A DNA stretch of 64,000 nt, taken from contig JAUIER010000004.1 of assembly GCA_030429765.1 (NCBI GenBank), positions 97,131-161,130 of the forward strand, written 5' to 3'. Source of the DNA: a bacterium. GTDB lineage: Bacteria; Omnitrophota; Gorgyraeia; Zapsychrales; Zapsychraceae. Position numbers and translations under genes: made by a program. This document shows positions 20,705 through 30,442 of the stretch, piece by piece; within the stretch, counting starts at the first letter, position 1, and each line of letters opens with the position of its first letter. Under the pieces are notes generated by a model that searched no databases, was not told the origin of the DNA, and saw only the letters and a program-made list of their open reading frames with translations.

Positions 20705-20952
20705 AGAAGAAAAAATTTTCGTACGCTCAAAACAAACCGTTCACACTTGACGTTAAACCGGGGAAATATGCCTGGTGTTCCTGCGGCGAATCCCGCAAAC
20801 AGCCGTTTTGCGACGGCAATCATGAAGAGACGGGAATGTATCCGGTTGTGGTCACCATCACGGAAGAACAAACCGTTCACTGGTGCGGATGCAAATCGTC
20901 TGAGAACGCCCCTTTCTGCGATGGAACGCATCAAAAATTCATCGATGCTTAG
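20701..20952 (+). CDS. CDGSH iron-sulfur protein with two CDGSH domains, copy 2
   Basis: WCSCGESRKQPFCDGNH and WCGCKSSENAPFCDGTH; ATGA overlap with copy 1. Confidence 0.92.
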   Translation: MKKKKFSYAQNKPFTLDVKPGKYAWCSCGESRKQPFCDGNHEETGMYPVVVTITEEQTVHWCGCKSSENAPFCDGTHQKFIDA

Positions 20953-21128
20953 GCCAGAAACGTATCACCCTTGGCCCAATTCTCACGCGGCACCTCATCA
21001 ATAACCAGATACGTGCTGGGTTTGGGCTTTCCACAGACGTCTTCCATGGTCTGAGCAAAGCGTTGCGCAATCTCGTCTTTTTGTTCTTTGGTTAATCGTC
21101 CCGCCACTCTTAGACTTATGTACGGCAT
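20949..21128 (-). CDS. 4-oxalocrotonate tautomerase family protein (59 aa, below the ORF-track cutoff)
   Basis: Hand translation MPYISLRVAGRLTKEQKDEIAQRFAQTMEDVCGKPKPSTYLVIDEVPRENWAKGDTFLA*, showing catalytic Pro-1, T.EQK and I.EV..ENW..G; AAGGA SD. Confidence 0.88.
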   Translation of the reverse strand: MPYISLRVAGRLTKEQKDEIAQRFAQTMEDVCGKPKPSTYLVIDEVPRENWAKGDTFLA

Positions 21129-21179
21129 AACTGTTCCTTTGGTTATGTGTGATTAATTGAAGATATTCGGATAGACTGG

Positions 21180-21761
21180 TTACTTCTTTTCAAGCAAATA
21201 CAGACCGGTATTCGCAAACAGGTTGGCAAACATCTTGATGCGCTTGTTGTTGGCAATGCCGCATTCACGAACGATGGTGATGTCATGATCCCGGCAGAAT
21301 ATCCGGAAATCCTTGATACTTAAAAATCTCAAGTTGGGCGTATCATACCACTCGTACGGTAAACCTTTGGTCATCGGAACCCGCCCGCTGAAAAATATCT
21401 GCAACCGTGCCCCGAGATGACAGAAATTCGGGATCCCGACGATAACACGCTTGCCGACACGCAGCGCTTCGAGGATCACTTTCTTGGGGTGCAGCACCTC
21501 TTGAAGACTTTCATTGAGAATGACGTAATCAAAACGCTTGCTGGAATAGTCCTCAAGGCCGGTATCAATATCACCATGCGACACGCTCACGCCCTTGGCC
21601 ATCGCCTCATAAATCGCCTGTTCGTTGATCTCAATCCCTGAGGCATGCGCCTTCTTCTCTTTAATGAGCAGCGCCAACAGGGATCCGTCACCACATCCCA
21701 AATCCAGGACCTTGGAATTTTCTTTGACTGTCTCAACGATGAGTTTGTGATCTACACGCAT
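21180..21761 (-). CDS. metW: Methionine biosynthesis protein MetW
   Basis: KVLDLGCGDG.LL, FDYVIL..SLQ, PNF.H, LPYEWYDTPN motifs; follows metX; start ATG 21761. Confidence 0.92.
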   Translation of the reverse strand: MRVDHKLIVETVKENSKVLDLGCGDGSLLALLIKEKKAHASGIEINEQAIYEAMAKGVSVSHGDIDTGLEDYSSKRFDYVILNESLQEVLHPKKVILEALRVGKRVIVGIPNFCHLGARLQIFFSGRVPMTKGLPYEWYDTPNLRFLSIKDFRIFCRDHDITIVRECGIANNKRIKMFANLFANTGLYLLEKK

Positions 21762-21765
21762 AGCT

Positions 21766-22884
21766 TTAGATAAACCGCTGTAAAAAATGTGATACAACTT
21801 TGGATTGATTCTCAACTTCAATCAAAAAGGCGTCATGTCCGTAACTGGAGTCGATAAGAATCGCCGATACATCCAGATCATTGGCCTTAAGCGCCTTAAC
21901 CATTTGCTTGGATTGATACGGCGGATACAGCCAGTCACTGCTGAATGAAATCACCAAGAACGGACACTTGGCCGGGGCAAAGGCCTCGGTCAAACTGGTC
22001 TTCTCCGCTGTTATATCAAAATAATCGAGCGCCTTGGATAGATACAGATAGGAATTCGCATCAAACCGCTGAACAAAACTCTCACCGCGGTAATTCAAAT
22101 AGCTCTCCACTTCAAAATCGGTGGAGAAATCATAGCCCAGCTTTTCTTTTTTCATGAGCTTGCGTCCGAACTTTTCGTCCATTGACTTCTCGCTCATATA
22201 CGTAATGTGACCGATCATACGCGCAACGGCCATCCCGCGCGCCGGTATCGATTTCCCGTAGTAATCGCCGTTCTCCCAATCCGGATCGCTCATAATCGCC
22301 CGTCGGGCGACTTCATGCAGGGCGATCTGCTGGGCGGTATGCCGGGTGTTGGTGGCAATGGCGATGCACGATCGTAGTGATTCCGGATACTTGATCGACC
22401 ATTCCAACGCCATCAAGCCTCCCATGGATCCACCCGCAACATTCAGCAATGTGGAGATCCCCAGATGATCGATAAGCTGTTTCTGGACCACGACCATGTC
22501 TTCCACCGTGATTACGGGAAAACTCAATCCATACGGTCGCCCCGTCTTGGGATTGGTTGAGGCCGGCCCGGTACTGCCCTTGCATCCGCCCAAAACATTG
22601 GCGCAGATGACAAAATATTTGTCTGTGTCGAAGGCCTTGCCGGGACCGATCATGGTGTTCCACCACCCCGGTTTCTTGTCACCCTCATGATAACCGGCCG
22701 CATGCGCGTCGGATGTTAGAGAATGAAAGACGAGAATGGCATTGGATTTGTCGGCATTTAGTTGTCCGTAAGTCTCGTAGGCGATGGTGATAGGGCCCAG
22801 CCGTTCACCACTTTTGAGCTTGAGCTCATGCGGCGGTTCATGGCAGGTAAAGAATTGCGTTGTAACGACCCCAAGATCCGGCAT
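21766..22884 (-). CDS. metX: Homoserine O-acetyltransferase
   Basis: [35 protein letters not shown] and GHDAFL motifs. Confidence 0.95.
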   Translation of the reverse strand: MPDLGVVTTQFFTCHEPPHELKLKSGERLGPITIAYETYGQLNADKSNAILVFHSLTSDAHAAGYHEGDKKPGWWNTMIGPGKAFDTDKYFVICANVLGGCKGSTGPASTNPKTGRPYGLSFPVITVEDMVVVQKQLIDHLGISTLLNVAGGSMGGLMALEWSIKYPESLRSCIAIATNTRHTAQQIALHEVARRAIMSDPDWENGDYYGKSIPARGMAVARMIGHITYMSEKSMDEKFGRKLMKKEKLGYDFSTDFEVESYLNYRGESFVQRFDANSYLYLSKALDYFDITAEKTSLTEAFAPAKCPFLVISFSSDWLYPPYQSKQMVKALKANDLDVSAILIDSSYGHDAFLIEVENQSKVVSHFLQRFI

Positions 22885-23052
22885 AGTAATAAATGTAGCT
22901 ATTCTAATAGGTTAGAAATTTAGACAAATATTAGCATAGCGCTTTCGTGAAGTCAACGACAACCAACGGATCACCGTCATGTAGAATGGGATATATTTGA
23001 CTAAAAGTTTTGAGAGAAAATTGGATATTCGCACCCGAGGTCACCCGTTGAG

Positions 23053-24084
23053 CTAGCCGGCGTATTCGAACATGGCATTCACACAGGCCTTAGCACGTTT
23101 CAGGACGTCAGGATCGATCCTCACCCGATCGCGCTCCGTCGGCGCCGTCAGTACGCGTTTGATATCTTCAAGGGTATTCGATTTCATGTACTTGCATAAT
23201 GTGCACGAACCAACCAGCGTCTTCCCGGGAAGCTCAACACTCAGACGGCCCGATAGTCCGCATTCGGTTAACATCAGAAACTGATCGTTATCGGATTCCT
23301 TCATGTAATTGAGAAGTTGTGAGGTACTGCCGACATAATCGGAATTCTTGACCACCGCCTCATTGCACTCCGGATGCGATATTATCTTGGCCTCTGGATA
23401 CTCGGTGCGGATCTTGAAGATCTGCTCGGCGTCATACTCTTCGTGAACATAGCATGTGCCGCTGTAATACTGGATCTCCTTCTTGATCCCGCGCTTTTTC
23501 AATTCGTTGACCAGATTGATACCCATCAGTTTATCGGGCAGAAAATAGATCTTATCATTTGGAATGTTGATACAAATGTCATACACATTGGATGAGGTGA
23601 CACACACATCACATTCTGCCTTGACTTCAGCGGTGGTGTTGATGTAACAGACAAACGTATGGTCGGGATACTTCTTCTTCAAATCCCGAACCTGCTGGGC
23701 GGTGATCGAATCAGCCAGTGAACATCCGTCATTAAGCCCCGGAATCAATACCTCTTTGTCCGGATTCAGGATCTTGGCTGTATCTCCCATAAAACGGACG
23801 GCCGCAAACACAATAACTTCGGCATCAGTTTCCATCGCCTTCTTACTCAGATAATATGAGTCACCGACGTAATCGCCCACGCCGTAAATGATGTCGGGCG
23901 TCACATACGAATGGACCAGAACACAGGCATTCTTCTCACGCTTCAAGGCCTTGATCTCGTTGATCAGCGGCGTCAGCTCCTCACACTTCTTATGAGAATA
24001 CTGACAGACTTGTCCGCCCACCTTTACATCTTTCAGCACGTCATAGAGTTCATCCGCCGTGATTTTATCTTGTGTAAGAATCAT
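23053..24084 (-). CDS. nadA: Quinolinate synthase
   Basis: LVHSY, GDS, VRFM, GCSLA, YINT, CYVH, HPEC and CKYMK motifs, including the three Fe-S cysteines. Confidence 0.93.
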   Translation of the reverse strand: MILTQDKITADELYDVLKDVKVGGQVCQYSHKKCEELTPLINEIKALKREKNACVLVHSYVTPDIIYGVGDYVGDSYYLSKKAMETDAEVIVFAAVRFMGDTAKILNPDKEVLIPGLNDGCSLADSITAQQVRDLKKKYPDHTFVCYINTTAEVKAECDVCVTSSNVYDICINIPNDKIYFLPDKLMGINLVNELKKRGIKKEIQYYSGTCYVHEEYDAEQIFKIRTEYPEAKIISHPECNEAVVKNSDYVGSTSQLLNYMKESDNDQFLMLTECGLSGRLSVELPGKTLVGSCTLCKYMKSNTLEDIKRVLTAPTERDRVRIDPDVLKRAKACVNAMFEYAG

Positions 24085-24199
24085 AATGTTCCTATGGATA
24101 ATGGGTTATTGAATTAGGTAAGATTGATGAAAGTGTCGAGCCGCCAGACTCGAATTATCATAGATGTTCAGTTTCGGAATGTCAATCTCGAATAATCGC

Positions 24200-27100
24200 C
24201 TACCAGGAACCGCCGATGGCCTTGATCAATTCCACGGCGTGGATCAGACGCTGGACCTTGATCTGAGAGGCCTGTAGTTCAGCATCCAGACGCGACCGCT
24301 CAGCGTCGATCACTTCGAGAAAGGTCACAAGCCCCTCTTCGTAGCGCGAAATCGAGATCTTCGCTGTTTTGCGAGATGAATCCAGCACTTCTTTCTGCGC
24401 CCGGGCCTGATCTTTACGCATCTGGACATTGTTTAAGGCTGTCTCGACTTCGCCGATGGCCTCCAGCACCCGCTGCCGGTACTCCTCGACCGTTTGAATG
24501 TACTCAGCCTCATACGCCTGCAATTCAGAGCGTAAACGGTTACCGTTAAAGATCGGCAGCGACACATTCGGACCCAATCCCCAAAATCGACTTTCCCAGT
24601 CAAACAGATCGCTGGCCTTCACACTGCGTAAACCACCGGTCGCGGTTAGCGAAAGTTTGGGATAAAACGCGGCTTCGGCCACACCAATCTTGGCGTTGGC
24701 GGCGGCGACCATTCGTTCAGCCTCCGCAATATCAGGCCGGCGTTCCAGCAACTGCGAAGGAATAATCACCGGTACACGGGGAACGCGCGTGTTGAGGGAC
24801 TGCTCACGGATCACAAATCGGCCGGGCTGCTGACCACAAAGGACCGCCAGAGCGTTCTGCAGCTCCTTACGTCGACGGACAACATCCACACGCTCCGCAC
24901 GCACTTTGGCCAGTTCAGTTCGGGCCAGATTCAAATTGAGCTCACTGGTGATCCCGCCACTGACGCGTTGATCCACCATTTTGACGGCGTATTCACGAAG
25001 TTTGAGCGTCTCATCAATAATCTCTATCTGCCGGTCCAACTCCCGCAACGCAAAATAATTGATTGCCACATCGGTGCTCAGGATCAATTGTACAGACCGG
25101 AGTTCGGCCACCGTGGCCTCGGCTTCGGCCTGTCCCACTTCAAATCCACGCTTCACCCGTCCCCAGAGATCAACTTCGTAACTCAAATCCAACGGAAGTG
25201 TATAGCTGTTGGACACAAAACTACTCGTACTCGCCGACGTGGAATTAAAACTGTTCTTTGTCGTCCGTGAACGGTTGAGATCTGGATTGAATTCCACTTC
25301 CGGATAAAATTCAGCACGGTCAATCTGCGCCATGGCCCGCGCCCGTTCAACATTGGCCACCGCGCTTTTGATATCGTGATTGTATTTGGCCGCCAGGTTT
25401 TGCAGATAGTTTAAGCTGTCATCCCCAAAGATCGTCCACCAGCGCCCGCGGTCAACATGATCGCTTGGTTCGGCAAACTTCCATTGATCGCTCTGCTCCA
25501 GACTCCACGTCTCCGGGACGTCGACTGACGGCCGTACAAAATCTTTACCCACGGTCTGACATCCGCTCGTCGTGAACACTAAAATTAATAGAACCGACAC
25601 TCCGGCCAAAGCCCGTGACGATGCGGATTGACTCGGCTTGGCTTTGGATCGTCTGCCTTTAATCAGAATGTAAACGGTCGGGATTACGAAGAGTGTTAGA
25701 AAAGTTCCCAACGCAATACCGCCCACCGCAGCAACACCAAGCGGACGCCGGCTTTCCGCCCCCGCCCCAAAGCCGATCGCAATCGGCAAGATGCCGGCAA
25801 TCGTTGAAAAAGCTGTCATTAAAATTGGTCTGAACCGCATCTTTCCCGCTGACATCATCGCTCGCACCGCTCCCTTTCCCTTTCGCAACTCCTGATTCGC
25901 AAAATCAACTAACAAAATCCCATTCTTGGTGACGATTCCGATCAACATAATGATTCCGATCTGACTGAACAGGTTAATACCCATCGCGGGTATCCTCGGC
26001 CAACCATGAAGAAAGCTGTCGGGCTGCGCTGCCTGAATCATCGCATCCAAATGTCCGAGCCCCCATAACGCGCCAAGCGCTCCGAATACGGCCAGCGGAA
26101 GTGTAAACAGAATCACGAACGGATCAACAAGACTCTCAAACTGCGAGGCCAATACCATGTAGATGATGAGCACCGCCAGCAACAAAATAAACATCGTCTC
26201 CGATCCCGCCTCCTTCAAATCGGCCGCCTCACCGTTCCATTCATACCGCAAGCCTTTCTCGTCGAGCTGCGCCAGCAGTTCTTCTGTTTTTTCGATGACG
26301 GTTCCCAAGGGCAAGTCCAACGGTGTCGCCTCGATCGTCGCTGATCGTAAACGGTTAAAGTGATTGATGGCGCTGGCCCCGCCGCCTGTTTCGTACTCGA
26401 TCAGATTGATCAGCTGGATCAGTTCGCCCTGGTTATTGCGGATGTAAACTTTTTCGAGATCCGACGGTGACAAGCGGGATTTACGCGCCAGCTGTACGAT
26501 GACATCATACTCCTTGCCCTTGAGGTTAACCTTGGCGAGATCCAAGCCGCCGAATAAAATCTGCAATACCTTGGAGATATCCTCAACGGACACACCTAAA
26601 ACCGCTGCCCGGTTTCGTTTGATTTCGATCCGTAATTCCGGTTTGTTGAGCTCAAATGTCGATCGGACGTTCAACAAAAATCCAGCCTCACGTAATTTCT
26701 GACTGAACTCCTGCGCTATCCGGTTGAGTTCATTGAGATCCTGATGCTGTAACACAAGTTGAAAACTCTGTGAAAATCCGCCGCCGATCGCCTTGGGAAT
26801 AATCGGAATCACAAGTGCGCCCTCGATGTTCCCGAAAAACTGTCCGCGCAGTCCTTGCGGTCCATTGACGATATCCCGCACATGTCGTTCGCGTTCTTCT
26901 TTCAAACGGATAAAGGACAGTCCTTGGGCCGCTTGCCCGGGGCCGCCTCGAGCCAGGGCTACGGCCGAAAAGAACCCATCCACTTCCGGCGTATCGTCAA
27001 TGATGGCCTCCATTTTTCGGACCATTCGGTCAGTGTACTCACTTGTCGATCCCTCGGGTGCCAGGGCAATAACAAACAACCGCCCCTTGTCTTCTTCCGG

Positions 27101-28756
27101 CAGAAACTCACTTTCCAAATTCTGGTAAAAGTAATACGCGCCGGCGACCACAGCCATACACAGGAGGATCACGACAAACGCGAACTTAAACGAGGCACGC
27201 AAAACTTTCAAATAAAAACGCTGCTGTCCGCGCAGCCATCGTTCAAACCAATAAAGCACCCCCCGCCGTTTATTTTCAGTCTGTGGTTTAAGTATCCGTG
27301 AACACATCATCGGCGCCAAGGTTAAGGCCACAAAAGTCGACACAATAACACTGAACGAGATCGCGACAGCAAATTCAATAAATAGACGTCCGGTGTCACT
27401 GGTCTGGAAGGCCATCGGCAGGAACACGGCCACGAGCGCCACGGTCGTAGCGATAACGGCAAAACCAATCTCTTTCATCCCCAGAATCGCGGCCTCAAAA
27501 GGCTTCATCCCCCGCTCTATATGCCGGTAAATATTTTCCAGGACGACGATGGCGTCATCGACCACCAGACCGATGGCCAGAACAAACGCCAACATCGTCA
27601 CGACATTGATCGAATATCCAAAGAAATACAGGACCCCAAAAGTGGCCATGATCGATACCGGGATTGTGACACTCGGGACCAGTGTCGATCGAAAATCGTG
27701 TAGAAAAATAAAAATGACAAACACGACCAACGCGAAGGCCAAGCCCAGTGTAATCCATACCTCGCGAATCGACTTCTCGATGTAGATCGATTCATCATAC
27801 GGCACTTTGTACGTAATCCCTTCCGGGACCAACGGCTGAATCCGTTCCAGCTCGGCCTTGATGCCGGAGGCCACGTCAATGATATTGGCCTTGGACTGTT
27901 TGATTATTCCGATACCCACGGCCGGTTTGCCGTTGTATCGCGCGACTGAACGTTCATCCTCGACACCGACATCTGCCTGCCCGATATCTCTGAGCCGAAC
28001 AAGATCATCTCCCCGGCTGAGGATGACCAGATTATTATATTCTTCGGGCGTCTTGAGCTGGCCGCGGGTTTCAATGGCGAGCTCACGCTGATAGCTTTCG
28101 ACACGTCCGCTCGGCAACTCTACACTCTGCTCTTTGAGAGCGCGCTCCACATCCAGCACGGTAACCCGATGCGCCGCCATGCGGTCAGAGTCCAGTCGAA
28201 TACGGATGGCAAACCGTTTGGATCCGCCGAGAATGACCGAACTAACGCCCGGCACCGTCTGCAGCCTATCTTTAAAGAGACTTTCAGCAATGGTGGTGAG
28301 TTCTAGTGTAGAGAATCGTTCGCTGTACAGGGCAACCCAGATTGATGGACTGGCATCGGCGTCCTGCTTGGACACGATGGGCTCATCAATATCCGCCGGC
28401 AGCCGGCCGCGGACGCGCGCCACCCGATCGCGAACATCCTGGGCGGCCACATCAACATCCTCTGAGAGGTCAAATTCAATGGTGATCGAGCTCAATTGCT
28501 CACGCGATTCACTCGTCATCTTCTTGATCCCCTCCACGCTGGACAATGCATCCTCCAACGGTTCGGTAATCTGTGTCTCAATTACACCCGCACTGGCGCC
28601 AGGATAGATGGTCTGCACGTTGACAATCGGCGGATCGATATCCGGCAGCTCACGCACGGGTAATCGGGTCAGTCCCACGACGCCAAAAAGGATTAGCAAT
28701 AAGCTCATCATGCTGGCAAGAACAGGTCGTTGTATGCTTATTTCAGATAATCTCAT
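24200..28756 (-). CDS. AcrB-type RND efflux permease fused to an OprM/NodT-type outer-membrane factor (about 1518 aa)
   Basis: Start ATG 28756 (MRLSEISIQRPV). RND motifs LPVRELP, YPGA, GLVVDDAIVV, KNGIL and RFRPILMT, then in frame a lipobox (TSG-C) and OMF motifs WW.IFGD, SYEVDLWG, LLERRPDI..AE, PIFNG..L and RYEEG...FLEV. Confidence 0.9.
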   Translation of the reverse strand: MRLSEISIQRPVLASMMSLLLILFGVVGLTRLPVRELPDIDPPIVNVQTIYPGASAGVIETQITEPLEDALSSVEGIKKMTSESREQLSSITIEFDLSEDVDVAAQDVRDRVARVRGRLPADIDEPIVSKQDADASPSIWVALYSERFSTLELTTIAESLFKDRLQTVPGVSSVILGGSKRFAIRIRLDSDRMAAHRVTVLDVERALKEQSVELPSGRVESYQRELAIETRGQLKTPEEYNNLVILSRGDDLVRLRDIGQADVGVEDERSVARYNGKPAVGIGIIKQSKANIIDVASGIKAELERIQPLVPEGITYKVPYDESIYIEKSIREVWITLGLAFALVVFVIFIFLHDFRSTLVPSVTIPVSIMATFGVLYFFGYSINVVTMLAFVLAIGLVVDDAIVVLENIYRHIERGMKPFEAAILGMKEIGFAVIATTVALVAVFLPMAFQTSDTGRLFIEFAVAISFSVIVSTFVALTLAPMMCSRILKPQTENKRRGVLYWFERWLRGQQRFYLKVLRASFKFAFVVILLCMAVVAGAYYFYQNLESEFLPEEDKGRLFVIALAPEGSTSEYTDRMVRKMEAIIDDTPEVDGFFSAVALARGGPGQAAQGLSFIRLKEERERHVRDIVNGPQGLRGQFFGNIEGALVIPIIPKAIGGGFSQSFQLVLQHQDLNELNRIAQEFSQKLREAGFLLNVRSTFELNKPELRIEIKRNRAAVLGVSVEDISKVLQILFGGLDLAKVNLKGKEYDVIVQLARKSRLSPSDLEKVYIRNNQGELIQLINLIEYETGGGASAINHFNRLRSATIEATPLDLPLGTVIEKTEELLAQLDEKGLRYEWNGEAADLKEAGSETMFILLLAVLIIYMVLASQFESLVDPFVILFTLPLAVFGALGALWGLGHLDAMIQAAQPDSFLHGWPRIPAMGINLFSQIGIIMLIGIVTKNGILLVDFANQELRKGKGAVRAMMSAGKMRFRPILMTAFSTIAGILPIAIGFGAGAESRRPLGVAAVGGIALGTFLTLFVIPTVYILIKGRRSKAKPSQSASSRALAGVSVLLILVFTTSGCQTVGKDFVRPSVDVPETWSLEQSDQWKFAEPSDHVDRGRWWTIFGDDSLNYLQNLAAKYNHDIKSAVANVERARAMAQIDRAEFYPEVEFNPDLNRSRTTKNSFNSTSASTSSFVSNSYTLPLDLSYEVDLWGRVKRGFEVGQAEAEATVAELRSVQLILSTDVAINYFALRELDRQIEIIDETLKLREYAVKMVDQRVSGGITSELNLNLARTELAKVRAERVDVVRRRKELQNALAVLCGQQPGRFVIREQSLNTRVPRVPVIIPSQLLERRPDIAEAERMVAAANAKIGVAEAAFYPKLSLTATGGLRSVKASDLFDWESRFWGLGPNVSLPIFNGNRLRSELQAYEAEYIQTVEEYRQRVLEAIGEVETALNNVQMRKDQARAQKEVLDSSRKTAKISISRYEEGLVTFLEVIDAERSRLDAELQASQIKVQRLIHAVELIKAIGGSW

Positions 28757-29849
28757 AAAATTTCTTTTCGGTAGGATCTTCCAAACGGACCTTGACCTTG
28801 GATCCAGGCCCGATCTTCTGGTAGCCTTCGGTGATAACTGTTTCGTCTCCCTGTAATCCGCTGACGACCTGGGCCATACCATTGAACCGTTGTCCAACCT
28901 GGATCTCCCGCAGCTGAGCCGTATCATCCGCGCCAACAATGTAGACGGAAACCGTATCGCCTTTGATGATCAACGCGGTCTCAGGGATGAGGACCGCGCT
29001 TTCAATGACATCAAGGACCAATTCCACATTGGCAAACATGCCTTCTTTTAGCTTATCTTCAGGATTCGGGACTTTGGCCTTGACCATCGCCGTCCGCGTG
29101 GTGTTATCGATCTTGGGGGCAATAAAAAACACCTCCCCTTCGTACTCCTCCTGGGGAAACGCATCCAGTTGAAGGCGGACCTTCTGCCCCACACTGACTT
29201 GTCCCACAAAACGTTCGGGGACATTGAAGACAACTTTCATCGGATCTTTGCTGTACAGTGACGTCAGTTGGGTGCCCTGGACGATAAACTGCCCCAGACT
29301 CACCAGCCTTTCTCCGACGACCGCATCAAACGGCGCGCGGATAATCGCATCGGACAACTGCTCTTTGGCCAGCGTTACAGCGGCCCGATTGGATTCCAGT
29401 GACGCCATGGTCTCATCGTACTCCTGTCGGGATACGGCCTTGGTCTGAACGAGATTCTTGTACCGCTCGGCGGTGGTTTCGGCAAGATTGAGATTCGCCC
29501 GCGCTTGGGCGTATGTGGCTTCTAGCTTCTCTTTATCGATCTCAAAAAGAACGTCGCCTTGTTCAACAAACGCTCCTTCAATAAAATTAATACGGTTTAC
29601 CGCCCCGTTGATTTCACTCTTGATATCGACAGACTCATTGGATTCGAGCGAACCGACAATTGAAATCTTGTCGACGATGTCTTCACGAACGGACTGAAAT
29701 CCGACCACATTCGTGGCAAATCCGCCCGGAGGACCACCTGACGGCTTGGCCTCGGTTTCCTGGGAACATCCGGACAATATCGATGAGAATAAAATTAAAA
29801 CGGCGGCGATATAAAATGATCTAAACCGACTGTTGGCTGTGCAACTCAT
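28743..29849 (-). CDS. RND periplasmic adaptor (membrane fusion protein), lipoprotein
   Basis: Lipobox LSGC; lipoyl halves G..V.QGDVLF and IRAPF; TRT..VKA...N, GMFA and IPETAL motifs. Confidence 0.93.
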   Translation of the reverse strand: MSCTANSRFRSFYIAAVLILFSSILSGCSQETEAKPSGGPPGGFATNVVGFQSVREDIVDKISIVGSLESNESVDIKSEINGAVNRINFIEGAFVEQGDVLFEIDKEKLEATYAQARANLNLAETTAERYKNLVQTKAVSRQEYDETMASLESNRAAVTLAKEQLSDAIIRAPFDAVVGERLVSLGQFIVQGTQLTSLYSKDPMKVVFNVPERFVGQVSVGQKVRLQLDAFPQEEYEGEVFFIAPKIDNTTRTAMVKAKVPNPEDKLKEGMFANVELVLDVIESAVLIPETALIIKGDTVSVYIVGADDTAQLREIQVGQRFNGMAQVVSGLQGDETVITEGYQKIGPGSKVKVRLEDPTEKKFYEII

Positions 29850-30300
29850 GACTGCGCTCCTTGGCGGTGGATAGACTATTGACGAGTTTCCTTATGATAT
29901 CGAGATAACTTTGCCGCTCTTCTGCGTTGAGACGCTTGAAGAGCTGGATGATTCCATTCTTCTTTTGTTCGAAAACCTCATCTACCACGCGTTGGCCTTG
30001 GGCCGAAATCGATACCAGAACGCGACGCCGATCTTCAGTACATCGCTTTCTATTCACGAATCCTTGCTTAAACAGTCGATCGACCATTCCCGTCGCAGAT
30101 GAGAAGCGAATATCGAGGACATCGACCAATTCATTCATCGTCCACGCATCCCTTCGTGATAACTGATCCAGGACGAGAAACTGCTGACAGGTAATCGTAC
30201 CGCTCGTGACTGAATTGTTTTCGTAGCGCGAAATTTCCTGCATCAGCCGCGGCAGCAGCTCGACCAATTGATCACCAAATTTCTGTGGTGAGATACCCAA
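29821..30300 (-). CDS. MarR-family transcriptional regulator
   Basis: IT.QQF.VL, TGMVDRL...GFV.R and DRRRV motifs; TTG start after AAGGA. Confidence 0.9.
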   Translation of the reverse strand: MGISPQKFGDQLVELLPRLMQEISRYENNSVTSGTITCQQFLVLDQLSRRDAWTMNELVDVLDIRFSSATGMVDRLFKQGFVNRKRCTEDRRRVLVSISAQGQRVVDEVFEQKKNGIIQLFKRLNAEERQSYLDIIRKLVNSLSTAKERSHELHSQQSV

Positions 30301-30322
30301 ATAGAATCCTTACCTTGATATT

Positions 30323-30380
30323 ATTTCGTGATCCTAAATTTTCACTCCCCTAAATATACAGCAATACGCCGAAATTGCAA
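30323..30380 (-). promoter_or_regulatory. marR operon promoter with two tandem palindromic operator candidates
   Basis: TTGCAA-16-TATATT (30380-30353); boxes ATTTCG-N5-CTAAAT (30323-30339) and TTTTCA-N5-CTAAAT (30339-30355). Confidence 0.5.
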
Positions 30381-30442
30381 GTCCCTGATAATCATGGGCT
30401 ATTCATGGATACAGTGATCGGTGGTGGTAGGTAACCGGAGAA

